Positions 24,531 to 38,086 of a stretch of 64,000 bases of DNA are shown here, one piece after another. Numbering within the stretch: position 1 is the first letter of the stretch; each line of letters opens with the position of its first letter. The notes beneath the pieces are model-generated. The model was given only the letters and a program-made list of their open reading frames with translations, was not told the DNA's origin and did no database searches. Position numbers and translations under genes: made by a program. Origin of the DNA: Squalus acanthias (taxonomy: Eukaryota); assembly GCA_030390025.1 (NCBI GenBank), contig CM059432.1, positions 46,626,001 to 46,690,000 on the forward strand. The letters run 5' to 3'.

Positions 24531-25016
24531 GGCCCTGATTTTAACTCCGGGTCAGTTTTGGGCATTTGGGCAATGGTGTGAGTTAGAAACTCCCCCGCAG
24601 CTCCAGACATGAGCCCTGGGGTACTCCACTCCCGAGCCTCATTTACGTCCTAATGGCAGCAGGCTTCCCAACTGTTCCAGCCGGAAAGTCGGTGCAAAGC
24701 GCCCAATCGTGTGGCCCCAAGATCAGGTTGGATCGGTTACCAGGGACATTTCGTGGGGGGTCTCGTGATCAGGAAGGGGTGGGGGGGGGGGGGGGGGGAG
24801 GTGGGTGGTGAGTCCACGGCAGGAGTGGCCTAAGCTTTTCTTGTGGGGCCCGGAGGAAGATTTGTGCTCTGCTTGGCCCCACGATGAAAGTTAAAAAAAA
24901 AAATTTAAACCTACGTTTTTGGGCGTCTTCTAGCCCTGATCCACTTCCCCGCTAGGTTGGATTGGCAGGAAACTCACTGCACCTTCCAGCTTAGGCCACC
25001 AAGTTAAAATTTCAGG
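24531..25016. mobile_element. Degenerate Harbinger-type MITE
   Basis: GGCCCTGATTTTAAC ... GTTAAAATTTCAGG termini; internal poly-G. Confidence 0.5.
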
Positions 25017-25137
25017 TGGATCCCCCATGATATAATCGGGATCCAATAGGCATATGTATAAAAGCCTGTACTCTTCTCATATGGCAATACTGAACACCCA
25101 TTTTATACGGGCATGACTGACATTCAACAATATTGAG

Positions 25138-25212
25138 GAAAGAAAGAAAGAAGGAAAGACTTGCATTTATATAGTGCCTTGATGTCCCAAAGCGCTTTGT
25201 AGCCAATGAAAA
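25138..25212 (-). mobile_element. SINE 3' tail fragment
   Basis: (GAAA)n-GACTTGCATTTATATAG as at 12228. Confidence 0.65.
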
Positions 25213-26329
25213 TGGCATGTATGATGCCGTCACATCTTCACTACCTCATTTAAAAAGGCCTGTCCATTTTAGGGCAGACACTTCTGATGCTAACGGGAAA
25301 GGATGGGAGAAAATTGGATGGCTGTAATAAGGAATGGTATCTGATGTATCATTTCTTGCCCACGCCCAGTGAAAATCCAGGCTACTTTAGGGGCTGAGTA
25401 GAGGGGGTTCATTCTGCACCTAACTAGGCTATAGCTAGCTTGAGAGAATATGATGCTAACACTAGGCAAAAGCAAAAGGAAGTGTTTCATTTACATCCTT
25501 CACCTTGAAAAACACAACAATTCAACAAAAATATCAATGTAAAAGTGTTGTGGGGCTCTGTAGGAATTTAGTCTGCACTTATATATATGTTTATGTCAGT
25601 GAAGGGGTTACTCACTACTTGGTTGAATTCAAGCGTTGATTAATAAGGTGAAGGTGATTTCATTATATTACATTGTGTCATGAAGCAGCTAAAGTCACTA
25701 AACAAAAAAAACACAGTTCAATCAAAAGCTAATTCTAAATGCATCCAAAAACTGCCCATGTTAAAATAAAGTCTATGATGAATTATGTTGAAGTTGATTA
25801 AGGTCTGAAAAGAAGTAACTGCAAGCATTTCGCATTGGAATACAGCACCTACTGCCAATCAATAGTATATTAGGAATGTATTTAATAACCCTGACCCTAA
25901 TGATAGTCACTGAAACAAGAAACGGGGATGATAGTAATGGTCACAGTCATATAAACAATTAATATTTTCATCCTAACCTTTTGAAGTCTTTTATTCGTTT
26001 AGTACAGCAAAAGGTCCAATGTGGCAGAATAATTACTCAAATTTTCCTTCTCCAAACTGTCAAAAAAGTGGAATGATTATATTAGAGACTGAGAACTTCC
26101 AGACCACAAGTAAATTATTGTTAGAAAACCCTTGTTAAGGAGAAATTTTACAACTTTGCTCTTCCAACAGCGAGCTTAACTCACTGGTAGCACATGTCAG
26201 AAATTCAGGCGCATGCTAAATGGATGCAAAAGCGTGCGTAGCATGCACCCACATCTCCAGTATGCACCGGCAACAGGTGAAGCTCCCCATCAACACTACA
26301 GTCACAAAATTGTCATAGATACAGAGGGG

Positions 26330-27161
26330 GGGGGGAATTTTAATCTAAAAAAAACGGGTGGGTTGGGGTCGGCTGGGTCGTTAAAGTGTTAAAAAATCTG
26401 AATCCTGACCCCAACTCACTTCCAACCCGCCCACTTACGGTTTTAACAAAGGCGGGACGGGGCGGGCAGCCAACTTGCTCCCAAGAGGCGGGTTGACTAT
26501 TTCAATATTATAATGAGGCTGGTGTGCCTCATATTTAACGACCATTTTAAATTAAACTGTGGCTGGTCGGGTTTCTCAGGTCTCAGGGAACCCGCCAGCT
26601 AAAGTAAGGCAAGGACTGCTGGATCCAGGAGGTAAATGCCTCCAATCCCCCCCCCATGAGGCCTCCGATCCTCCCCACGAAGCCTCCGATTCCCCCCTCC
26701 CCCCAACCCCAACAAGGCCTCCGATTTCCATCCCAAGGCCTCCAATCCCCCCATGAGGCCTGCGATTGCCCTCCTGGACTCCCTCCTGCTACCCCCCACC
26801 CTGCCCAGCCCCAATGCTCTGGCCCCAATCCTTAACCGCCCCCCATCCCCCGATGCTCTGGCCCCGATCCTTCCCCCCTACTGCCCCCGATGAACTGGCC
26901 CCGATCCTTCCATCCCCACCCCCCACGATGAGCTGGCCCTGATCCTTCCCCCCCCCCCACCACACCCCCCTGGATGAACTGGCCCTGATCCTTCCACCCC
27001 CCCCCCAAATGCTCCGGCTCCGATCATTCTCCCTCCCCTCCCCCTTTAAATTCGGCCGGGCCTGCGGGAAACCCGTTCTCCCGGGTTTTCCGACCGCTTT
27101 CCAGTCCCCTCCGCACCCCCCCCCCCCACTCCCAACCTGCCTCCATATTAAAATTCAGCCC
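26330..27161. mobile_element. Harbinger-type MITE with internal C-rich tandem repeats
   Basis: GGGGGGAATTTTAAT / ATTAAAATTCAGCCC termini; left part homologous to 56123-56350. Confidence 0.7.
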
Positions 27162-30100
27162 AGTGTGTCGCATGCTTATATGTCAAAAAGTACCAACAAT
27201 GAACACCAACTGCAGGGTTAACAGAAAGGGATGTTTCGAAGATCTAACTCTTCTGCTTGTGCATCGTATTCACTGTAATGCCCTGAAAGCCCCTGTTTCA
27301 TCTATTTATTTGCCTGCAAGCAAAGAAAAATCTGAAAACAAAACAGTGTGGTTACATTCCAACTGAACATCCAACATCATCATGCCCACCTAAGGATAAG
27401 GCAGACGAACCTTACATTGCCAAATAATGAGGACAAATGAGGTAAAGCTTGAGAATCATGTATATTACCTCCCTTTGCTGATTCAGTAGAGAAGTTATGA
27501 ATTACTTTTAGTTCCCACTCCACTCTATGTAAGGTTTTTTGCATCCAACGGCACTTCCAGAATATGTTCGGCTGTCATCTGGATTTATGTATTGCTTGTG
27601 TTACCTGATGTTGAATGTACCTTTCAAAGAGCAGTTGTGTGAGGACATGCCAAGTATTTGACAACCACCTAAATCAGATCTGGCTGCATATTGCTGTTGG
27701 ATTCCAACATAAAAGCAGATTATCGTCAGCCATTTTATTTGGCAACTTGAAAAATATTTGAATCTTTCTCTCTGTTATGATAGTTTTCGATGTGGTGACG
27801 ACTGTTTCTATGAAGTTATAGTTTCATCCAAATATAGTTAGAAGCACTGCCCACTATGATATCAGCCATCATACGACTATAAACAAAATTAATATGGGGA
27901 TGACTTGGCGTTTGAAGAATTTTCATTCATATTATTATGCCAATAATTTTGCTTATGTGCACAGTGTAACATTGCTTATTATATCTGAAAGAAATGACTG
28001 TCAGAAAATAGCTTAGTGCTAAAATGCATCGAACTGTCCACAGGATGACACTGGGCCTTTAAAACTGTGCAACATTTTCATTGCAACGAAGCTGGCTTTC
28101 GTTAACTTAATTTACTACTCGACATACTTCAGTAACGGTCTTGATTGTGCAACATCTGCTGCTTGGCCTTTTTAGTCACAGAATGTTACACAGCTGTGAT
28201 TTTTTTATTTAACTGTTCAACAAGGAAAATAGCAATACAAAACCAAGCCCAGATTAACACTCTTAGTGCTCTAGTTGACTTTAATGTTTATTTGTTCAGA
28301 ATTAGATGCATTCCTGGCCAGTATACCACAAGAAACAACACTTAAGGGTAGATTTTTCAAGTCCTCATCTGCAATATTCCAATATACATTGTCATGGGCA
28401 AAGTATCTTACCATGGGCGAGTGAGTCTTCACTTTAGTCACCTCTGGATCAGCAAGAATCAGTGGTATCCCTCCATTAGATCAGCAGGAAAACAAATCTT
28501 ACTTGTGCCCACCAGATTTTGTAGAATTGGGGTACATATTTGATTTAGCAGGACTACCACCCACCACAAGCATGCGTTCCTGATTCCAACTGATTATCCA
28601 GCCTCAGGGTAATTACCATAATTATGCTGGGCTCCCCAGCCTCTGAGTTCATCTAGAAGGGGCATGGAATATTGCTGTAGCAAGGCTTGGATGCCTATCA
28701 CAGTGTTGTGTCGCCAGTTGCCACTGTGGTAGCTGAGGATGTTGGCCAATTTTTTTTTTTAAGTTAATACGATCAATTGCTTTGGCTTTTAGGCCATTTA
28801 AACTTTAAGAGGAACTTAGTTACACAGAGAGTTGTGAGGATGTGGAATTCACTTCCAGGGTTCGTGCTTGAGACAGAAACTATGGACGGAATTTTCTGTA
28901 CCTGGGTGGGTCGAGTGCGGGCGGTCGCCGAGGCGGGTCGTTCTTCATTCCTTCCCGCTCCAGAGATCGACTTTCCGTTAATGATGCCTATTAAGGCAGC
29001 CCTGCGCATTACCCGGCCCTATTAAATGGTGCAGGTCTGATGACGTCATCGATAATGCGTTTTCAGCCAGGATATTTAAAGGAGCCATGGCCACATTGCA
29101 TTTGAAGGTTCACCTAGGATAGTGCAGGCACTGCACTGCACCATTGGAGTGTTGCAAAGAGTGGCAAATATGGTTGCACAGAAACAGAGGGCTGCACACA
29201 GGTTCTCAGATGACTCCCTCCATATGCTTGTTGAGGGAGTGAGAACATGCAGGGAGGTCCTCTTCCATTCCTATGGGCGGAAGAGACCTCACCAGGAGAC
29301 CAAAGGAGCCTGGCTCCAATTAGCTGAGGAGGTCAACAGTGGGGATGCTGTCAGGAGGACCTGGGTGCAGTGCTGCAAACGTTTCAATGATCTCATTAGA
29401 TCAGGAAAGGTGAGTGCAAAGCCACACTCAACTTCATCCTGCTGTGCCCCTCATCACATCCCCATCACTCTGCCCTCCCAACTCTACTCCTGCACATCCT
29501 TACTCACACCAACATACCTTGCAGGTCCACCCATTTCTCTCTATCTACATTATCACATCCCCATCTGACTAGCCACCCCTCACACTCACCCTCATCCTAA
29601 TGCAATCATACCAACTAATATCACACAAGGAGGCCACTTGGCATTGCCACCACACTCCTTCTTAGTCACCCTCTAAAGATGTAACCCATATATTCCTTAC
29701 GTTCAAGCCATCACTCTAACTCAACCGTTGCTTCTTTCCCTCCTTGCCGGAAAAGGGAGCCCACAATAAGAGGGAGAGGGAGAGAACCGGAGGTGGCCCT
29801 TCATCATTGACCTACTTAACAGCAGCAGAGGAGGTTGCATTGGAAGTGTCTGGAGTCACCGAGCAGCTGAAGGTTGGAGAGGGAGAGAGGGGGACATCTC
29901 AGCAACTTGGTGACAGAATTTCATCTCATACAGCCACATACAGCAGTCACTCATATGGGAACTGATGTCAGCAGCCAGTGAATGTTTATCATGTGCTTAA
30001 TGGTATCTGTACCCATTCTTGATATGACATGTCTAACTTATCTCTTTACTCTCCCACAGGTCCATCAAGAGCCCTCCCCACTCCATCCCCACTGTCCAGG

Positions 30101-30502
30101 AGGAAGAGGAAGACGACTCCTCAGAGGAGCCTCCAGCCTCTGAGAGCGCACCGTCACCAGATGGAAGCACACCCAGCACCAGCGCAGATAGCCACATCTT
30201 GGTGGATGCCATGTGAGATATAGTGTTGTCAACTGATGTCTCACAACTCACAAGTGAGCAAGAGCAGATGGTGGAGACAGGGACAGCACTGGAGGCACCT
30301 CGCGGAGGCTCCGCCCAGGAAGCTCCCAGCTCTGCCCAGCTGCATGCAGACGCTGAGCCTCGGGGACCATCTAGAAAGAGGGCGATCCTGGAGGTGCAGC
30401 AAGAAGTGCAGGAGGCATTGACAGGTTTTGCAACTGCGATGTCTGCAAATGTGCAGAGAATGGAGGAGTCCATCTGCAACATGAGCACCACTGTGTCGCA
30501 GT

Positions 30503-30853
30503 TGTAAGACGTGCGGAAATTGCCCCTTGCCCCGTCAAACAGTTTCCAAAGTTCAGCCCCGTCGAAAACACAACACAAAACCCAATGGGCTGGATTTTGA
30601 TACTGGGGCAGGTTGGGGTCGTGTCATCCGCATTTCCTGTTATCCACCCACCTGCAATTGGATGTGGGAGATTGATGCAATTTTCACTTAATTGGGCAAT
30701 TGAGTTCCAGCATGTGGAAACCCATGACCCAATTAGTGGTTTCAGTCTGAAAGTCACCTCTGATGATGTCATCATTGCAGGTCAGAGACTGCCTGGTCTC
30801 AGAGATTGCCTGGCCTTTGCTGTGAGAGGACCTGGATGCCAAATGAGCAGCAT

Positions 30854-30891
<38 letters not shown>

Positions 30892-31955
30892 TTGCAACCA
30901 AGTCCTCCCAGGCAGTCTCTGAAGACATTCAATGCAGCAGCATCAGAGGCGACTTTCAGAACTAATACTACTACTACCTTCATCACAATACTACTACTAT
31001 CTTCATCACATCTCCATTGTAATAGTGGACCTGCAGCTGATAGTCAGCTATCCACTTGTGCTCCCGCCAGGTTTCACTGGCGTGTTTCACATCAGGCGTA
31101 CTTCACGTCGGAAAAGGGTTAAACTAGCTAAAACGTTTCAAAATGGCATTACAGAGCCAATTTGGGGCTTGTTAAGGGCTTTAATGGCCTGTCCCGCCTC
31201 TTGGAGGCGGGACGGAGTCGGGAACCCCGCGACCAATTTTGTCAAAAATTGCGTGGAGGCGGAATGGAGTCGGGATGGGGGTCGGGATCCCCGAATCTGC
31301 AACTTTAACCCCCCACACGCCTCCAAACCCGACTCCACGGGTCATTGAAAATCCAGCCCAATGAATCTGTGAAACTTCTTTTACTCAGCAAGAGATTACA
31401 AGTAAGCATTCGACAGTTATGTAGCATATAATAATTTCCAATTATACCTCAGTATACACAGAGCTATCCCTTTGCTTTAAGCTCAAGCAAACCACATACG
31501 TACCAACACCAGCGAGTGTTCAATCCGACAGTGACTAGACGTATGATTTCTGGCAACTGACCAGGTCGCCCGGCTGCAGCCCCGAGTGGTCAATTTACAG
31601 CATCTTTTATACCCCAAAACTTGGCAACCCTCCCACTGCGTACGTGTCCCTAACTATACGGCATTAGTTGTTTTTCAGTTACCCTTATCAATAGTCCATT
31701 AACCATCCGTGCGCTTCAAGGCCGGTTACATTCCATAGTCTGAAGATGTTTCTGTTTTTGCACTGATTCCACCGAATTTTCAAAGATTGTTTTCCTTATC
31801 TGTTGAAAAACAATTGGCAGCTTTCACAGCCTACAACCACAGCATCTTATTTTGCAAAGTTCTCACAGCAACCAGCCTTTTGTCCTCACGAAGCATGATG
31901 ATAAATAAAATGTGATCAACTTTTAAGTTTGGTACAGCAAATAGTGTGTTCTACA
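30503..31955 (-). mobile_element. 3' LTR of the retrovirus-like element (~680 bp after removing the MITE)
   Basis: On -: PPT-like GAGGGTGGAC (31965-31956), then TGTAGAAC...GTCTTACA; TATAAAA at 31611-31605; AGTAAA at 31385-31380. Confidence 0.78.
30587..31359. mobile_element. Harbinger-type MITE inserted in the LTR
   Basis: TIRs GGGCTGGATTTT / AAAATCCAGCCC, 3-bp TSD AAT; contains (GA)n and (TAC)n tracts. Confidence 0.88.
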
Positions 31956-32002
31956 GTCCACCCTCAAGTGGCTGTGCACCCGAATCTTTGAGTCACAGGC
32001 AC

Positions 32003-35000
32003 TTACAACTTGTAGGCGTCATCGTTGTCTTCTTCCTTCGGCGTCTTCTGCAACAGCTTAACCCATTCTTGTTGCTTGCGTCTCCTGTTGACTCGACAAG
32101 TTATGATTAGTAAATATAACACAATCACCAACTAAACAATGACCAAAACATGGGAGATAAATCTTATCCAGGGATGAACCTCGATACTCATACCGATATC
32201 CCACCAGGATGAATCATCCCCGACCTTAAGGATTGCTTTACGCAGTTCATGATTTTTCTGGGCCAGGGTATAAAAGTGCTTTTGGGACTGACTAACGCGT
32301 CCCATTAACTCTACCAAGTGTTCTGACAGAGGTAGAAAGTCATAGCCGAATCGAGTTACATACTGGTGTAATTGCTCTTTTAACTCATCTTCTACAGCGA
32401 TATCTACTCGCCTGTGCGAATATATGCTTAATAAAACCCGCACCCCAAGTCTTACAGGTTGGACTGGGGTAAAGCAAAAAGTTCCTGCCGCAACAGGACA
32501 AGTCAGGTTGTTAACGTGCTGGTATTCCCGGTGTATGGTGGTGACACAATATTCACCCTTCCCTTGATACGCAGATCGTACGGGGAAATGCTGTCCCGCC
32601 ATCACTTTCATGGTGCAGTTCCATTCTATCCCATCCCAATCAAACCCACACACAGGGGCTGCCTGTTCTACCACGTCGTAAGGGCAGATGAATGTGTCCC
32701 GAGCTTGTGCGCACCCGGTAAGATCTGGGGCTACCCATGTGGTCCCATCCACTTGGGTCACGTACTTCGGGGGTTGGTCATACCTTATTAAGTGATCTCT
32801 CTGACATACTCCTATGTTCTCCACGTGGAACAGAGGGTTTGGGGTCACCTTTTCGGGCAGAATGGGATAATACAATACCATTCTGAACAGGATGATGTTG
32901 TTTTGTTCCTGCAAATGGCATTCATGTTCACTGGGTACACCTGTACCAACCCCCTGACTTTACACATATTCATGGTAAATTGGTAAATGGACATTGCCCT
33001 CAGGTGTCGATCAGTCACCCACGAGGGAAGCTTCACCTCAGCAATGCACTGCAGGTTTTCACGGGCTTGTTCCACTAACCAAGATCCATACATTACACTA
33101 GAGGCATTCCGATCTTCCTTTAAAATTTGGTTTATCTTTTTAGCATGGGATTCTAAATGTTTAACCACATCCTGCAGATGAATGGTCATAAATTGGTCCT
33201 CTTCCAATTCCTCCTGTTTTAGACCATTCATTTTATTCAAAATTTCCCTTAAAAGATTTCTAACCGCCTTTACGGATTGATCCAAATTAGCCAAATCAAG
33301 GCTATTAACCAGGGAGGTTCCAGTATTAACAACAATAGCTGCATCATTTATCAGACCCCATCGCCTTCTGATATGGTACCCTTTAATCCTGTAACCAACA
33401 TCATTTTCTTCAATGATCTCGGTACTATTTTCCCAAAGTCATCGTTGAATTCATCACCATCCCCTGTGCCCTATATAACGGCTGAGCGATATAATGGCTC
33501 TAATTCCGAGTCTGCCAATGTTGTGCTGGCGGTCTCCCAAAATCCCTCTATTAATTCCCGCATCATCCTCCCATATAACTGCGCTGCCTCTGGTTTGCAC
33601 CAGGTCAGCAGTCCCACCTCAGTCAGATTCAATATTACCGGCACCACCTCGTGATGCACATCACGATACAATATCATCCGAGTTGGGATCAGCACCAACC
33701 CATTTGTCAGTCTCGGGGTGTGTTTAGGGCAAGTGACCTGGGTTGTATGTTGTCCTTCCCAGGATTGTGTTTTATTCATAGGGGGAGGGGTTTTTGGTCG
33801 AACTTTTAATTCTACTGCATGTATAACCGCACTTCCGTCACCACATCCCGTTACGTGATAGGTGCTAATACCGGTATCGTTGCTATACCATTGATAGAGT
33901 TCCTTGGTCCTATGGTGGGCAAACATCGTACAACTGGTCACATCCCTTTCAATCAAAGACAAGCCATCCGAATCATCCGACTGGAACCTGTCTGTCACCC
34001 CACTTGGGCTCAAACATCCGTAAACTCCCTCATGAACTTTCCACCATTGGGGCCAACATAACAGGGTGTCTCCCACTGCTCGGGATTGGGTTGGGCTTCC
34101 TACATTTCCCCGAGGGTTCCCTATCTGATAGTACCTTGAATGGTCACTTGGTTCTGCTTGTAAAATCCACACCTGTGGCCCGGTGGGGCGATCTTTGCAT
34201 TTTATGAATACCCTCCCTAACTTCCTGGACCTCATAAGTGGTAACCCACACTGTCCCTGAACACGCGGTTTTATAGAAACAAAGAAGATAGGAGCAGGAG
34301 TAGGCCATTCGGCCCCTCGAGCCTGCTCCGCCATTCAATGCGATCATGGCTGATCATCCAAATTCAGTACCCTGTCCCTGCTTTCTCCCCATATCCCTTG
34401 ATCCCCTTAGCCTTAAGAAATATATCTAACTCCTTCTTGAATATATTTAATGAATTGGCCTCAACTGTCTTCTGTGGAAGAAAATACCACAGGTTCACCA
34501 CTCTCTGGGTGAAGAAATTCCTCCTCATCTCAGTCCTAAATGGCTTACCCCTTATCCTTAGACTGTGACCCCTGGTTCTGGACTCCCCCACCATCAGGAA
34601 CATCCTTCCTGCATCTAGTTTGTCTCGTCCTGTTAGAATTTTATAAGTTTCAATGAGATCCCCTCTCATTCTTCTAAACTCTAGCGAATACAAGCCCAAT
34701 CGACCCAATCTCTCTTCATACGTCATTCCTGCCATCCCAGGTATCAGTCTGGTGAATCTTCGCTGCACTCCCTCCATGGCAAGAACATCCTTCCTCAGAT
34801 AAGGCGACCAAATCTGCACACAATACTCAAGGTGTGGTCTCACCAAAGCCCTGTACAACTGCAGCAAGACTTCTTTGCTCCTGTACTCGAATCCTCTCGC
34901 TATGAAGGCCAACATACTATTTGCCTTCTTAACCGCCTGCTGCACCTGCATGCTTCCCTTCAGCGACTGGTGCACAAGGACACCCAGGTCTCGTTGCACT

Positions 35001-36863
35001 TCCCCTTTTCCCAATCTATTGCCGTTCAGATAATAATCTGCCTTCCTGTTTTTGCCACCAAAGTGGATAACCTCGCATTTATCCACATTATACTGCATCT
35101 GCCATGCATCTGCCCAATCACCCAACCTGTCCAAATCATACTGGAGTTTCTCTGCATCTTCCTCACAGCACACATGCCCACCCAGCTTTGTGTCATCTGC
35201 AAACTTGGAGATATTACATCTAGTTCCCTCGTCTAGATCATTAATATATATTGTGAATAACTGGGGTCCTAGCACCGATCCCTGCGGTACCCCACTAGTC
35301 ACTGCCTGCCACTCGGAAAAAGACCTGTTTATTCCAACTCTTTGCTTCCTGTCTGCCAACCAGTTTTCTATCCAAGTCAGTACCTTACCCCCAATCCCAT
35401 GTGCTTTAACTTTGCACGCTAATCTCTTATGCGGGACCTTATCGAAAGCCTTCTGAAAGTCCAAATACACCACATCCACTGGTTCTCCCTTATCTATTCT
35501 ATCAGTTACATCCTCAAAAAATTCCAGTAGATTAGGCAAGCATGATTTACCTTTTGTAAATCCATTTGACTTTGTCTAATCCTGTCACTGTTTTCCAAGT
35601 GCTCTGCTATTACATCTTTGATAATGGACTCTAGCATTTTCCCCACTACCGATGTCAGGCTTACCGGTCTATAATTCCCCGTTTTCTCTCTACCACCTTT
35701 TTTAAATAGTGGGGTTACATTAGCCACCCTCCAATCCATGGGAACTGTTCCAGAATCTATAGAATTTTGGAAGATGACCAGCAATGCATCTACTATTTCT
35801 TGGGCCACTTCCTTAAGTACCCTAGAATGTAGATTATCGGGCCCTGGGGATTTATCGGCCTTCAATCCCGTCAATTTCCCTAACACCATTTCCCTACAAA
35901 TACTGATTTCATTCAGTTCCTCCCTCTCATTAGACCCTATGTTCCCCGACATCTCTGGGAGGTTATTTGTGTCCTCCTTTGTGAAGACAGAACCAAAGAA
36001 TGTATTTAATTGGTCTGCCATTTCTTTGTTCCCCATTATAAATTCCCCTGATTCTGACTGCAAGGGACCTACGCTTGACTTCACCAATCTTTTTCTCTTC
36101 TAATATCAATAAAAGCTTTTACAGTCAGTTTTTATGTTCTCTGAAAGCTTACTCTCGTACTCTATTTCCCCCCTCTTAATTAATCCCTTGTCCTCCTTTG
36201 CTGAATCCTAAACTGCTCCCAATCCTCAGGTTTTCTGCTTTTTCTGACCAATTTATATGTCCTCTCCTTGGATCTTTTGCTATCACTAATTTCCCTTGTT
36301 TGCCACGGTTGAGTCACCTTTTTGTTTTATTTTTATGACAAGCAGGGATGAACAAATTCTGTAGTTCATCCATGTGATCTTTAAATGTTTGCCATTGCCT
36401 ATCCACCGTCAACCCTTTAAGTAATGTTCTCCAATCCATCCGAGCCAACTCGCGCCTCATACCATCATAGTTTCCTTTATTTAAATTCAGGACCCTAGTC
36501 TCTGAGTCAACTGCTTCACTCTCCATCTTAATGAAGAATTCTATCATATTATGATCGCTCCTCCCCAAGGGGCCTCTACAAGATTGCTAATTAATCCTTT
36601 CTCATTACATAATACCCAGTCTAAGATGGCCTGATCTCTCGTTGGTTCCTCGACATATTGGTCCAGGAAACCATCCTGCAATCACCCTTGATGTACTGGA
36701 TGGTAATGTTTCGAGTGGCATCCCGGTGTGGTGTCTCCGGGGCAACTGTAATCGAACTATTATAGGGAAAATAGTTAGCGTTGATCCAGTATGCCGAATA
36801 GGCTGACGTAGAATCTTCGAGATAGCGCAGAATCCCGATCATTGGCCAGAATAATTCTTTCAT
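32003..36863 (-). pseudogene. env: env-like glycoprotein (~820 codons) with F-type class I fusion architecture; stops, frameshifts and a CR1 insertion
   Basis: Splice acceptor at 36881, then MKELFWPMIGIL signal-like start; IRRRW|GLINDAAIVVNTGTSLVNSLDL at ~33370-33290; heptad repeat; Cys-rich region; second heptad; TM FISHVLVIV*LVIVLYLLIITC; basic tail RVNRRRK. Confidence 0.8.
34275..36672 (-). mobile_element. CR1 LINE (endonuclease end + RT + tail) inserted in env
   Basis: ORFs 36087-35506 and 35539-34364 (YLDFQKAFDKV, SGVPQGSVLGP, FADDTK), SDHNMI endonuclease motif; env reads KGDCR|IKPRVQ across the junction (shared AT). Confidence 0.95.
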
Positions 36864-37035
36864 TTTATATATCTTCTTGCCTGTGGGGATAAGGGACAAA
36901 AACATAGTATTACTCCCGGCCTTGCACCCTACGGACACCCATTAGTTCAGGCTTTCATTACTAATGTATTTTTTTTAAACAAAACAAAAGGGGGCTTCCT
37001 ACATTTCTTTTTCTGCACTGGGCAATTTTCGACTC

Positions 37036-38086
37036 CTACCACTGGTGATACTTCAAGGGTGTCTTTTTATTTCTTTTACTACGCTGCCGTGGGGTAGGAG
37101 GGGTCTGTTGGATTCGTCTGCGGACAGGAGGTGGTTCCGGTCCTGGAGACGAGGAGGTTTCTACAGTTCCCATGTCCTGTCCACCTTCATTTGAATCATA
37201 CTGTACCTGTGGAGATGCCATTTCAGGCAAGGGCACCTCATTGGGTGGGGGTGTCCCCTTAGGCACCCCTGCTTCATCATCCCACTGGAGAGGATAAATC
37301 CTGTTCACCATGCTCATAATCATAGCTTGCTGTCTTCTGGACCTGCTAGTGGGCTGAAAAAGCTTCATCTGGTTAATATGAAACCACTTCATTTTCTTAG
37401 GTAACTGAACCACATACACCATGGGACTAGCTTTATCAACAATGCTATACGGCCCCTTGTAGAGGGGTTCAAAGACTCCCATCCTCGCATAGTTTCGTAC
37501 CATTACCTGGCTCCATACTTCCCATTCCTGGGGTTTACTGGGAGTCAGGTGTATTTGGTTGCGTTGGTGAACCTTCCCAATGTTGTAGGCGGCCCTCAAG
37601 TTCAGTTCTTTTAAAGTTCCCCACAGGTCGCTCAGGAATTTGTCCCGAGTCACCTCTTTAACTTGTTTATCAGTCAGAGTGGGGACTAACAGGTGTGTGG
37701 GGGTTCGCATGGGTCTCCCCGTTACCAATTCATGAGGGGAGTGACCCGTTCCTTTGGATCTGTTGCTACGTATCCCCATGAGGATTAGTGGAAGTACCTC
37801 ATCCCACTTAGTGTGCTGTTCATTTAATTCCTTTACGCAGAGCCAATTTTAATGTACGGTTCATTCTTTCCACAATCCCCGATGATTGTGGGTTGTGGGT
37901 CACGTGCCATTTCCCTTCAATTCCAAGCAATTTCAGAATGGCTTGCATTACCTGACCTGTGAAATGACTTTGTTGGTCTGACTCTACCATGCGAGGAAGT
38001 CCCCATCTGGAGAATACCTCTTTAACTAGGGTCTTGGCTGTCCACAATGCTGTGGCCGACTTGCACGGGAAGGCTTCTACCCACCT
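37036..38086 (-). pseudogene. pol: Retroviral-type integrase, core and C-terminus (pol 3' end), frameshifted
   Basis: RWVEAFP, FSRWGLPRMVESDQQSHF, HNPQSSGIVERMNRTLK, TGHSPHELVTGR, YKGPY, WFHINQMK. Confidence 0.92.

Noticed and set aside
26800..27030. CRISPR-like repeat-spacer array
   Set aside because: Units are degenerate, spacers are poly-C, the context is eukaryotic and there are no cas genes.
30530..30560. AAAGTTCAGCCC as right TIR of the element starting at 28884
   Set aside because: It lies inside the retroviral LTR; the matching TIR is at 42796-42810, where the host CR1 resumes.
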